The notes below the pieces were generated by a model, which had not been told where the DNA came from, searched no databases, and saw only the letters and a program-made list of their open reading frames with translations. The position numbers were made by a program, and so were the translations under genes. A stretch of DNA of 64,000 nt from Mobula hypostoma (taxonomy: Eukaryota), in contig NC_086097.1 of assembly GCF_963921235.1 (NCBI RefSeq), positions 230,890,001 through 230,954,000 of the forward strand. The letters run 5' to 3'. Of this stretch, positions 48,700-60,708 are shown in pieces. Each line of letters begins with the position of its first letter. Within the stretch, counting starts at the first letter, position 1.

Positions 48700-49625
48700 C
48701 TTCCTGTCTCCTGATCAGGGATGTGATTCTTCTTGTTCTCACCTACCACCCATGAGCCTCTGCATACAACACATCATTCTCCGCAGCTTCCGCAGTCTAC
48801 CACCGAACACATCTTTACCCTCCCCGCCCACTCTCCACTTTCTGCAGGGATTGCTCACTCTGTGATTCCACTGTCCAGTCATCTCCCTAATCTCCCTCCT
48901 GGCACTTATCCCTGCAAGCAACAGAGATCTTACACCTGCTCATTCACCTCCTCCCTCACCTCCATTCAGGGCCCCAAACAGTCCTTCCAGGTGAGGGAAC
49001 AGCATCTACGAATTTGTTTGGGCTGTCTATCGTATCCAGTGCAATCTCTACATTGGTTAGACCCAACATGAATCCGGGGACAACTTTGTCAAGCACTCCA
49101 CTCCATCCACCAAAAACAGAATTTCCTGGTGGCCAACCTATTCCTATTAATTCCTTATTCCTGTTGCGTCATGTTAGTCCATGGCCTTCTCTTCTGCCAT
49201 GATGAGGCCACTCTCAGAGTAGAGGAGTAACACTCCATATTCCATCTAGGAGCCTCCAAACTAATGGCTTGAACATCCACTTCTCCTTTTGCTAATCTTT
49301 TTTTCTTCTCTCCTCTCCCTTCCCTTTTTGGCCTCTTACCTCTTCTGCACATGCTTCCTATCACCTCCCCATGATGTCCCTCCTTCTTCCCTTTCGCCCA
49401 TGGTCCACTCTCCCCTCCTATCAGATTCCTTCTTCTCCAGCCCTTTCCTACCCAGCTGGCTTCACCTAGCTTGTCCTCCTACCCTTCCCCCACATTTTTA
49501 TTCTGCCACTTTCTCTCTTCCTTTCCAATCCTGACTGAAAGGTCTCGGCCAGAAAACGTCAACTGTTTATTTATTTTCATGGATGCTGCCTGAACTGTTG
49601 AGTTCCTCCAGAATTTTGTGTGTAT
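48700..49625 (+). mobile_element. Penelope-like element 3' fragment
   Basis: ORF 48733-49071 (PGTYPCK...YTCSFTSSLTSIQGPKQSFQVR). Degenerate hammerhead at 49527-49565. Confidence 0.85.
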
Positions 49626-50201
49626 TTTTAAATTGATTATGAGGCTTTCACTTAAAACTGAGGTCCTAAAATGACAGGATCTTCTTGTTGTAGAGGATGG
49701 AGAACCTCAGTAATTCTATACCAAATGGAGAGTCGTGGAGACAAGGTCATTGGGGTATTTAAAAAGGAAGTCAATATAATTTTCAGGGGATCAGGAAATC
49801 GGCACAGAAAGGGAGATGAAGGCTGGGCAGATCGGTGGTGATAATTCTGAATGACAGCATCGGCTTGTGGGGCAGAGTGGCTTACCCCTACTTCTTTCTT
49901 TTATTGTGTCCAACAACTTCTGCCATCGTGCAGCAGATGTGGGAAATGAATTGGAAGGTGGCCCGAGTAAAATCAGCATCTCAATAAATAATGTTAAAGT
50001 TGGTCTTAACCCCCTGTATCCTGTACCCAATTGATAAGCAACAGCTTCCATGTAAGTGGTCATTTGGTGCATGGGAGAAATGGAACAAAAATAGGAAGAA
50101 CCCTATTACTTCACATAATTACTAATCACGACAAGCAATAGAAATAGTGCTTTTAAAAAATATTCAGCCCCTTCAACTATCTTCACATTTTATTGTCTCT
50201 T

Positions 50202-50330
50202 GTCTGGAATGGAGGGTTATGGGCTGAGTGCAGGTTGGTGGGACTAGGTGAGAGTAAGAATTCGGCACGGACTAGAAGGACCGAGATATCCTGTTTCCAT
50301 GCTGTGATTGTTATATGGTTATATGTTATA
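50202..50330 (+). mobile_element. CR1 3' tail inside Tc1
   Basis: atggagggttatggg...cctgtttccatgctgtg followed by (gttatat)n tail. Confidence 0.75.
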
Positions 50331-51093
50331 TTATATTTTCTAAATTTAAAACACAGTATACTGAAGTAGGATTTTTTGAGTTAATCTACAAAGCACAGGG
50401 TATCATGTCAAATCAACAGAAAAATTCCAGACACTGTCAACAATTTACTAAAAATTAAACACCAAAATTGTGAAACTGCAGAAGTATTCATCTCCTTTGT
50501 CATTACTATGCTAATTTGCCTCAGGTGCAATACCATATGTTAGTTTACCAACTCACCCAATTTGATGATGGTCTTAGCGTCTGTTGATGTAGAAAATTAG
50601 AGGATCACCTGAATAAATCCCCTCTCTCTCCATAAAATCTGACAGTATTTAGATTTTCAACAGAGCAAACCAAAATGAAGACAAAAGAGCATTCAAGGCA
50701 AGTCAGGTAAATGATAATAGAGAAGCACAAATTTAGGGAAGGGTAGAAGACCATCTCAAGGCACTGAACATACTTTGGAGCTCAGTGCAGTCCATCGTGA
50801 AAAAGAGGAAAAAGTATGAACCTAAAGGCACACTGCTTGGGTCAGGCCGCCCCTCTAAGTTGAGTGCCAGAGAAGAATGGCACTTGTAAGAGAGGCTGCT
50901 GTGGTGCCCAAAAGTCACTCTGAGTGAGCTGCTGAAGTCAGTGGCTGCAACTGGAGAAGAATTTTATGGCTCCACAAACTCTAAGGCCTTGCACAAAAAG
51001 GGTATGTAAGGAAGAGTGGCAAGGAAGAAGCCCCTGGCTAAAAAACAACATATCCTTGCCTGTAAAAATTTTGCAAAATGTTACTTAGATGAT

Positions 51094-51672
51094 CAGACAT
51101 ACCACCCTGCAAAAACTCATTTCAGGGAGGTAGCACCATCAATTTGTGGGAGAGTCCTGGAACTTCCGGGAGAGGTGGGATGTCTGTAATAGAGTAGCTC
51201 CTTAGCAGCTGGCCAACTAGTTTAAGTAATGTTAACTATGCTAATGAACGAATGGTACCTGTTAAACTCACCTCAACGTGTCTTTTACAGTCTTAATCCA
51301 CCATGGGCAATAGAAAAGTCACTGTTGCAAACAGTGCAGTGAGCAACACTGTCATTATTTTTGACCCGTATTAGGCAGGGGTACACTTTAGTGTAGTCTG
51401 GGGTGACGCACGTTTTATATTTTCTTTTTTTTTGAACACTCTACCATGGCATGCTCTCACTCTCTCTCTCTCTCGTGGTCGCTCTCACACTCGCTCTCGC
51501 TCTCTCACGCGCTCTCTCGTGCTCTCTCTCCCTCTCTCGCTTTCATGGTCTCTCTCGTGCTCGCTCGCAAAAAAATTGATTTCCGGGACATTGTATATAA
51601 TTTGCGGGCATCAGGGAGCCACTATTAATATGCGGGAGACTCCTGGAACTTCCGGGAGAGGTGGGATGTCTG
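51094..51672. mobile_element. Non-autonomous hAT-like DNA element with 6-bp TSD, inside the Tc1 transposase
   Basis: TIRs cagacataccacc / ggtgggatgtctg (12/13). gatgat at 51088-51093 and 51673-51678. Internal CT/CTCG microsatellite at 51453-51567. Confidence 0.85.
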
Positions 51673-52468
51673 GATGATACCCTAAAGATATGGAAGAAGG
51701 TCTTGGGTCAGATGAGACTAAAGTGGATTTTTTTTGCGGTATGTGAAGCATAAATCTAAAACTGAGCATCAGCCAGGTAACACCATTCCTACTGTAAAGT
51801 ATGGTGGAGGTAGCATCATGCTATGGGGATACTTTACAGTAGCAGTGAATGGAAATCTAGTCAGGATTGATGGGAAGATGAATGCTGTTAAATACAAAGA
51901 TCCTGGTCTCTGCCAGAAAGCTTAAACTGGGGAGGAAGTTTGTCTTTCAGCAGGACAATGACCAAAGCACACTGCCAGAGCAACCATAAAGTGGCTTCAA
52001 AGGAAGAAATCTGATGTCCTTTAGTGGCCCAGTCAGAGTTCTGACCTTATCCCAATCAAACATCTCTGGCAAGACCTCAAGACTGCTGTCCACCTCCACT
52101 CCTGAACTAACCTGGCACAGCTTGAACAATTTTGCAAGGAGAAAAGGGCAAATGTTGCTCCATCACATTGTGCAAAGCTAATAGACACTTATCCAAAAAG
52201 ACTACTGGCTGTAATTGTTGCAAGAGGTTGTTCAACTAAGTACTGAGCGAAGGGGCATGAATACTTTTAAACTGCTGCTCTTTAGTTTTCGAATTTTTAG
52301 TTTATCATGCTTTACAATTTCCACTGTGAAAAAAGGAGCATGTGATTCCCAAATTTAAAAATTCTGTTAAGTTGATCAAAATCCCTGGTTGTAATACTCA
52401 TTTATGTGAAGAAAGGGTTGGGGGCTGAAAACTTTTACAAGGCACTGTAGTTTAAATTCCTCCAAGAG

Positions 52469-52790
52469 GACCACAAGCTTGTCATGGTTTGGAGGGTTGT
52501 ATGCCTCAATGACCTGGAGAGCGATGTTGGCTGGAGTAAGGGCCTTATGCTTTGGCTCCTGGTACAGTCACCCATGCCAAACAGGTCAAAGGGTAGAAGC
52601 CAGGCTAAGAACGGTCCAGGTTTGGGGTTTCAGCTCAGGATTAACAACGCTGACTGGTCAAACAAAGTTTTATGGAAACAGCAATGAAGAATCCTTCTAC
52701 ATCTGAGTGCAACGGTATGGACAGACGAAGATGAGGACCTTCACGGCTGCCCTAAACGCCAGTGGTGTAACAGGCAGTTAGTAAGCAAGT
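52469..52790 (+). mobile_element. Bipartite RTE-derived non-autonomous element
   Basis: 5' cttgtcatggtttggaggg...ctcctggtacagtcacccatg resembles an RTE 5'UTR and the head of 3600-4066. 3' end reads DRR..RTFTAALNASGVTGS* and ends in tagtaagcaagt. Confidence 0.6.
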
Positions 52791-53284
52791 GGTTAAAATT
52801 ACATCTTGAGGCACTTACAAAAGTTTGTTGTATGCGATTAGGTATATTGGCCTAACAGATTGTTACAATAACAATTGTTCAGCTAGAAATCTATACCACC
52901 CGAATACTTTAAGCAGCAAAATGGAGATAAATGCTGTGAAACAAATCAAAGTAACCTGATACAGGAATAAAATGGAAAGAGAAGCTCTCAAATCTGAGCT
53001 TTAGAAATTATCCATATTTAAATCAGGATGATATACAGAAAATTTTGCACGATAAATGTTGACAAAGTACGTGTCCAAATTGCTTTTCTGTAATAGATTC
53101 AGCAGCTGCAGTGAGTTGAATCAAGTATTTGATCATGAGACAGAGGAATAGGAGCAGAATTATGCCGCTTGGCCCATCGAGAATGTAAAATGATTGAAAG
53201 GGTGATGATGGAGTTTTGTTTCAAAATTACTGCTCTGTCACCCAAATGTATAATTAAACGTGAAGAATGATTTACGGACCACAG

Positions 53285-53570
53285 TAACAAATGTTGCTGG
53301 AGGAATTCAGAGTTGAGAAGCATCTGTGTAGGACAGGGGTTCCCAACCTGGGATCCACGGACCCCTCAATTAATGGTCGGGGTCCATGGCATAAAAAAGG
53401 TTAGGAACCCCTGGTGTAGGGAAAGAGACTGTTGACATTTTGGGTTAAAATTCTGCTTCATAAGACACTGACAATTCTTTTCCCCACAGATACTGTTTGA
53501 GGCGGTGAATTCCTCCAGCAGATTGTTTGCTGCTCCTGACTCCAGCATCCGCAGTCCCTTGTGTCTCAAC
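53285..53570. mobile_element. Old fold-back of two Penelope terminal fragments
   Basis: tgctggaggaattca...gcatctgtg on the left; cacagatactg...tgaattcctccagca...ctccagcatccgcag on the right. Confidence 0.65.
53334..53413. mobile_element. 80-bp hAT (Charlie/Buster-type) MITE
   Basis: TIRs caggggttcccaacct / aggttaggaacccctg (15/16). 8-bp TSD gtgtagga (53326-53333) and gtgtaggg (53414-53421) with central TA. Confidence 0.9.
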
Positions 53571-55599
53571 AAACAACTGCAATGACGTGATGTCTTTAGT
53601 GCAGCATAACATCCCAAGGCCTTTCACAGAGACATTATCGCACCAAAACAAAGTCACATAAGGAGCTATTAGGGCAGATTCCGGAGGTAATTCACAACTT
53701 TGGAATCAAAATCAAACATGCTCGCGAAGTCAGAAATGGAGGGAAAGAAAGGTCAGAGATATAAAAATGACTGTAAGACTGAAAAGGGGCTACAAAGACA
53801 GGCTAAGTGTAGGCAAGCTAATTAGAGAGCTACTTAGGTAAAGGTCCCAATTATTATGCTTCACACTGACTGTTTCCAGTGGTTTATTCCTCCAGTGCTA
53901 CTAAGATTTTCAATTCTAATTCTTTTCTTCACACACACCTTCATGGCTCATTAGGTTGATCGGATACCTGCTAGAAGTTTAATTTTAGTACCCCTCGACC
54001 AGTAACATTAAAGCAAAGAGTAATCAGTGTACTGTGAGGATTCTATGGGCATGTGCAAATGCCTGAAAATAATAGTTACTTAATATGTTTTAATGATATT
54101 GCTTTGGGCATGGATGTTAACCTGTTTAAGATAAACAAAAATGGCTCGGTGATTATTGGTTAATAATTCCAAATTGGAAGTTTACATTGTTGTCTGTCAT
54201 AAGCACTTCTCCCAGGGGTATGAAACACTTATATGGAATATTAGTCAACTAATTCCCTAGAGTATATGGAGGCAATTCAAAGGAGCTCCAATGTGCTCTT
54301 TAGATAAATGGTGGTAATTTACTGGCAATGCAATTATCAGTTTAATACAAACACATAAAATGTAATTAGAGTTTAAAAAGGACATGAGAGTGTACAAGCA
54401 GCTGCAGGTTTAATTTCACTGATAGCAAATGACATGCAAGCTTTCTATTACAAAGGAACACTTTGTAGATTAACACACCCAAATAAAGTTGATTTTTTTT
54501 GTAACTGTCCGAAAGTGTCCATACTAACACAGGTATGGCATGGATACAGGAAAAATTATCCTGTTTAACCCACGCTGCATGCCGAATGCAGACCCTAAAA
54601 AGCACCCCATGAATAATTATCAGATACACAAATGGCGAAAGTTTGAGCAATGATTTTTTGAAAAAGAAATTAATAGGTAGTAGTTCAAAGCTTAGATGGA
54701 ACAAAATAATAAGCAAAATAGCATAGGCATCAGTGCTGGGACTGCAAACATTCCCAATGGATTGGAAAGTTCAATGTAAGCTGAATAAATCTGTAGCTGA
54801 AATTTAATGACGTGATAGAACCGGACAAGAAACTTGAGGTGAGAGCAATAGATGATTAAGCTTAATAGAAACAATTGTTCCTTTAAGAAAACATGAGCAA
54901 AAAGCAAGTTCTATTTAAAGAAGAAGCTCAAAGTGAAGCTGAAAGAGATCAAGACTAAGATGGCACTACCTTGTAATCAGCTATTTTTATACCCACAGAT
55001 AAAGAAAATTTCATTCAACTTTGTAGACAAGAGTCAACCAATGAAATAGCTCCTATTCATATAATGCAGCATCAAGAGAAGCTTCCAGAACTTCCCAGAA
55101 TTATACCAATAAGACAACTAGGGGATACACTGAAGAACTGCATATACATACTGTGACCACTAGGAAGCATACTATGTAGTTACTTGTATACAACTAATTA
55201 TATAAAATACAAGAAACAATTCATTGTTAAGCTACAAAGAAAATAAAAATTAAACTGTTGGACCCAACATGGTAATCAATCAAGGAAATGACTTAGGGGT
55301 GGGGCAAAGAGAGAATTCATATTATGTCTAGAGAACGTATCTGCAAGAAGATAGACCCTTTAGATTCAATGACACCAATTCAATTCTCAACTCTCTCATG
55401 CTCCGGTTCAGTATGCAGGGTCCATCAGCATAGAACAATTTTATACAACTTCAACCTGTGTAGCATTGTGTTTGACCTCTCCACATGTGCCTTGAGAACT
55501 CTACATGCATTGGGCACAGATGCTTGAAATACTGGAACAAAAATTCAACATTAGGAAGACAATTTTTTGAATAAATTTTGTGGAACATGACATCGTAAT

Positions 55600-56140
55600 T
55601 TAAAGTTCAAAGTACATTCATTATCAAAGTACATACATTATACAATCTTGAGATTCGTCACCTGTCAGACAGCCACGAAACAAAGAAACCCAAAAAGAAC
55701 CCATATAAAAAAGGAACACTGTCAAACACCCAATGTATAGAGAAGGAGAAAAAAAAATCATGCATTTCTTGCCTTGGCTCCTGACAACCCGGCCTTTTCA
55801 ATCTGCCCTGGCACCTAAATTGACGTCCAAATATCAGGTTCAATTACCTTGATACACTTTGCGGCCTGGACCCCACTACCTCAATTCGGCTGTACCTGAC
55901 CTCTCCAATTCGCACATGCTTAAATCGATCAAACCTTGGGTCTTCCTCGTTCTGGGTGATGGGCCTGCCGCCTGTCCTTGCCTCGGATCCACCACATAGA
56001 ATTGCCTCCGCGTCCAAAGGGAAGTTACAGACCATTACTTGTGATGATTGTTTACCGTTAAAAGTGTGATTAACAAAGTTGTTTTCCTTGTTTTGTTAGT
56101 CACCAGCCAGAAGTTGCTGAGGTTCACCACTGCCGTCTTA
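55600..56140 (-). mobile_element. Rex1-tailed non-autonomous element, possibly full length
   Basis: Tail motif at 55600-55660; minus-strand start aagacggcag near 56140. Confidence 0.6.
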
Positions 56141-57100
56141 AACTTTGTCCTTGACAAGGTGATGGTGAACTGCTGCAGGATATCCCAGGGTGCTATTAGG
56201 TAATGAGTTCCAAAACTCTGAGCCAGCAACAATGAAAGAATGGTGATATTTTTCCAAGCCAAAGCGGTGTGTAACCTGGTGGGAAACCCACACGTGATGA
56301 GGCACCCGGGTACTGGCTGCCCTCAATTTTTTGGATTTGGGAGGTGATTTAAGTGAGTAACTGCAGGATGTTCTGTAGATTAATGTATCACACTCTTGCT
56401 TTGCAGATGGTGTAACAAGCTTGGCAGGGAGGGGGTGTCAGTCAGTAGATGAGTTACATGCCACAGCATACCCTGCTTGGAACTTGTTCTTGTAGCCACA
56501 TTATTTATGGGTGCTCCAGGCATGTTTCTGGGAGTGCCAAAGGTTATCAGGGAAAGGAGGCTACACTCTCCCTTGAGGACCACTGACCTCAGTTCTGGAA
56601 TCTAACTCTTTGGCTGATGCTTCAGCCAAAGCTGTGATGAGGTCTGGAGCTCAGTGGCACTGAAGAAATCAAAATGAGACATCTATGAAGATGCTATTGG
56701 AGATTATGTGTTGCTCAGCAGAATGTTCTGCCACCTTGCTGATGATTGCCTGATTTACAATAAGTATCTGGATGGGACTTTTCCTGCCTTTCACTGACAG
56801 GACATCTTTAAGAAAATTGCTGTGTAGCTGCTAATATTGGAAATGAACTGTAACAGTGTGGCTTGAGATGAAGATGGTTCGGGAGAACAAGTGATCAAAG
56901 AACTGTGGTTGGGATGCTGTCTCGTCCCATAGTATTTGCTGTATCCAATGTTCACTATTTTTCAATATTTATGTGGAGTGAATTGAAATAGTCGAGGATT
57001 GTCTTTCACGATGGAGATTTCAACAGGAAGCCATGATGGAACAGACATTTGGAACTTCAATAATTGCAACCACTAACTTTTGCATGAAGGAGCTTGCTAT
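56141..57100 (-). mobile_element. Old, highly decayed LINE (CR1/L2 group)
   Basis: Minus strand SFIVAGSEFWNSLPNS near the 3' end resembles the LINE ORF2 C-terminal WNxLP motif. Upstream extent uncertain. Confidence 0.5.
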
Positions 57101-57311
57101 TACTAGGGATTTCCTAAAGGAGAAGATACAGGGACTTGAATGTCCATACAACTGAACTCAAAAACACTTTCTTCCCCACTGCTTTCAGACTTCTGAACCA
57201 ATCACCCACTTTCCATGGTGACGTCACATTCTCAAGCTCTTAACCCTTAATCCTACCTCTTCCACTGTTGGCTCTATAGCATTTCTTCGAGCACACATGA
57301 GTTTGAATCAT

Positions 57312-57510
57312 AAACACAAAATACTCTGCAGATGCTGGGGTCAAAGCAACACTCACAACACGCTGGAGGAACGCAGCAGGTCGGGCAGCATCCGTGGAAA
57401 CGATCAGTCAACGTTTCGGTCCTGACGAAGGGTTCTGGCCCGAAACGTTGACTGATCGTTTCCACGGATGCTGCCTGACCTGCTGAGGTCCTCCAGCGTG
57501 TTGTGAGGGT
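57312..57510. mobile_element. Penelope-derived fold-back insertion containing a hammerhead motif, 14-bp TSD
   Basis: tgagtttgaatcat at 57298-57311 and 57511-57524. Inverted arms 57347-57419 and 57440-57512 (69/73). Hammerhead motif at 57419-57452. Confidence 0.92.
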
Positions 57511-57559
57511 TGAGTTTGAATCATGATACCTTGCACCATTCTGTTGTTTTGTACTCATC

Positions 57560-57830
57560 AAGGAGGCAAACAGAGATGAGGAGGAATTTCTCATTCTCAT
57601 CCAGAGCATGATAAATCTGTGGAATTCATTGCCACGGATAGTTGTGGAGGCTAAGTCATTGGGTATATTTAATGCAGAGTCTGATAGGTTCTTGATTAGT
57701 AGGGGTGTCAAAGTTTATGGGGAGAAGGGAGGAGAATGGGGTTGAGAGGAATAACAAATCAGCCATGATAAAATAACGGAGCAGAGTCAATGGGCCAAAT
57801 GGCCTAATTCTGTCACTATGTCTTATGATC
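57560..57830 (+). mobile_element. CR1 3' end
   Basis: NLWNSLP...ggagaatggggttgagagg...gggccaaatggcctaattc...tatgtcttatg. Confidence 0.8.
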
Positions 57831-58897
57831 ATTGCTGTATTTATTATTGTCACAAATACTGTTTAGTCTATGAACTTCTGAACGTGGAAATTCATTGCAA
57901 CCTGGCATATATGACGATAAACTAAACTTCATCTGAATCTACTGGCAGTTTAAATGTCTGATTCAATTGGTGAGATGTGACAGGGCTGCAGAGCTTTGGA
58001 ATGATCTGCTGGCTTTGCAATTAAGAAGCTCTGTCTATTGCCTGCTGGTTTCCCTGATTAGCACACTTGTAGTTCTTTCTTGTAGCTTTACCAGCTTGGG
58101 ATCTCTTTATTAGATACACCCGCTGCTGCTCATGGCATGCTCTTCCGCTCCGCTCACTGAAACAGTTTGATCCCCTGCCTTGATTTTAATGACCAGATTT
58201 GGATGGCAGATTTTCTTTTGCCGGATATAGAAGAATCAGTGGGAATTTTGCAACAATCTGGTTTTGCTACAAACATTTTTATTCCCTATCATTAATCAAA
58301 ATATACTCCAGGGCTTTTAAGGTGGAGTTTGATGTCATTTCACTGGATTGTTAGATCAGGATTAATGGTCTAACAAATGAAGGGTGCCATTTCCACATCT
58401 CCACCCAATGGAATTTCCAGCTCAACGTGATCAAACACTGCAGAGCAAGGCTGAATTCTTCACCTCCAATTGCATTTTATTAAATGCAATTCAGGGTTGT
58501 GATGGAGTTTTACAGTGCCCAAGTCAGGGTACACAATGCTTTTTCCAGACATTTCTGATCTGCAAGGAAGACTTCCAGTCATTGAAATGAGTGTGGACAA
58601 AAAAAACCCACAAAGCTAATTAAGAGTTTGAGGGGCTTTAAGCAGGAAAACTGAAGAAGTTGAAATATAGAGTAGACTGCAAAAGGATGTGAATATAAAT
58701 TGTGATCAGCACATTTTTCCCATATATAAAACTAGTGTAAGATTTCCAAAATTCAGTGGTATGTTAAACACAAGAGACTCTGCAGATGCTGGAAATCCAG
58801 AGCAACACACACAAAAATGCTGGAGGACCCTTCTTCATCAGATCCAGCTTTATACATTGAGGCTGCGAGGCTAAGCGCAGCCCCAACGCCATACTTA

Positions 58898-59428
58898 CGA
58901 GGGGTGATTGATAAGTTCGTGGCCTAAGGTAGAAGGAGTCAATTTTAGAAAACCTAGCACATTATTTTTCAAAACGCAACATAGTCCCCTCCTACATTTA
59001 CACACTTAGTCCAGTGGTTGTGGAGCATATGGATCCTTTCTTTGTAGAAGTTGGTGTCTTGGACCTCCAGAAAGTGGCCCACAGCAAGGGTGATTGATAA
59101 GTTTGTGGCCTGAGGTAGAAGGCGATAAACTATTAACTTCAAACTTTCTGCATAATCACTCAAAGAGCTGAACTGCACGTGCATGTAACGAGAGCTGTAT
59201 AACTCATCTCCTTCTACCGTGGGCCACAAATTTATAAATCACCCCTGCTGTGGACCACTTCCTGGAGGTCCAAGACGCCGACTTCTACAAAGAAGGGATC
59301 CGTATGCTCCACGACCACTGGACTAAGTGTGTAAAAGTAGGAGGGGATTATGTTGAAAAATAAATGTGCTAGGTTTTCTAAAATTGACTCCTTCTACCTT
59401 AGGCCACAAACTTACCAATCACCCCTCT
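58898..59428. mobile_element. Palindromic mariner-derived MITE
   Basis: TA at 58896-58897 and 59429-59430. Inverted arms of about 230 bp, each with a TIR and the transposase C-terminus FLEVQDADFYKEGIRMLHDHWTKCV..GGDYVEK*. Confidence 0.92.
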
Positions 59429-59658
59429 TAAATTTGGTGATGACACCACTATTGTTGGCTGAATCAAAGGTCGTGCTGAATCAGCAGACAGAACGGAGAA
59501 TTAAAACCTGGTTGAGTGGTACCACAACAACAACCTCTCACTCAATGTCAGCAAGACCAAGGAGCTGAATATTGACTTCAGGAGGAGGAAACCAGGTGTC
59601 CATGAGCCAGTCCTCATTGGGGGATTTGTGCTGGAGAGGTTCAGCAACTTCAAATCGT

Positions 59659-59945
59659 GCGGCATGGCAGTATAATGGTTAGCACAACGCTTTGCAGTAC
59701 TAGCAAACCGGGTTCAATTCCCACCGCTGTCTGTAAGGAGCTCGTACGTTCTCCCTGTGACTGCAGGGTTTCCTTTACCTGCTCCAGTTTCCTCCCACAG
59801 TCCAATGGCTACCGGTTGGGAGGTTAGTTGGTCATTGTAACTTGTCCTGTGATTAGGCTAGGGTTATATGGGGGTTGTTGTGTGGCGTGGCTTAAAGAGC
59901 CAGCAAGGCCTATTCTGTGCCGTTATCTCAATAAATAAATAAAAA
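59659..59945 (+). mobile_element. tRNA-derived V-SINE (HE1-like)
   Basis: A box taatggttagc, B box gggttcaattccc, V-domain-like gtacgttctccctgtg...gctccagtttcctcccacagtcc, (aata)n tail. Confidence 0.8.
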
Positions 59946-60517
59946 ATCAAAAAATTCCTTGGGATTATAATTTCTGAGAATCTGTTCTGGGCCCAGCATT
60001 TAAGTGCAATTATGAAGAAAGCACAGCAGTGCCTCTACTTCCTTAAAAGTTTGCAAAGATTTGACATGACATCTGAAACTTTCACATAGATGTGTGGTAG
60101 AGTGTGTACTGACTGGCTGCATCACGGTCTGGTATGGAAACACCAATGGCCTTAAACGGAAAATCCTACGAAAGTAATGGATACAGCTCAGTCCATCATG
60201 GGCAAAGCCCCTCCCACCACTGAGCACATCCACATGGAGCACTGTTGCAGGAAAGCAGAATCCATCATCAAAAACCCCCATCACCCAGGCCATGCTCAGA
60301 AGGTACAGGGGCCTTGGGGCTCGCACCACCAGCTTCAGGAACAATTATTACCCCCTCAACTATCAGGCTCTTGAACCAGAGAGGATAGTTTCATTCAACC
60401 TCACTTACCCCATCACTGAAGTTCCCACAACCTATGGACTCGATTTCAAGCACTCTTCATCTCATGCTCATGATATTTATTGTGTATTTATTATTACTAT
60501 TATTTTCAGTTTTCAGT

Positions 60518-60708
60518 GGTGACGACACCGGTGCCAAGCTGTATGGGTCCTAATGACCTTCCCTTGGACAACATTGGTGTCGTGGAGAGGGGAGATTTGC
60601 AGCATGGGCAACTGCCGGTCTTCCATACAAACTTGCCCAGGCCTGCGCCCTGGAGAGTGCAGACATTCCAGGCGCAGATCCATGGTCTCGCAAGACTAAC
60701 AGATGCCT
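60518..60708 (+). mobile_element. RTE-tailed SINE, 5'-truncated, in the Rex1 3'UTR
   Basis: Homologous to 35396-35590. ttttcagt at 60510-60517 and 60709-60716. Confidence 0.88.

Larger units (their letters stand above)
50145..52447 (+). mobile_element. Tc1-family DNA transposon, full span, decayed
   Basis: TIRs (t)agtgcttttaaaaaatattcagcccc / ggggctgaaaacttttacaaggcactg followed by TA. Transposase remnant 50675-52246: MKTKEHSRQVR, GRPSKL, SDETK, TVKYGGGSIMLWG, QQDND, WPSQSSDLIPIKHLW. Confidence 0.92.
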
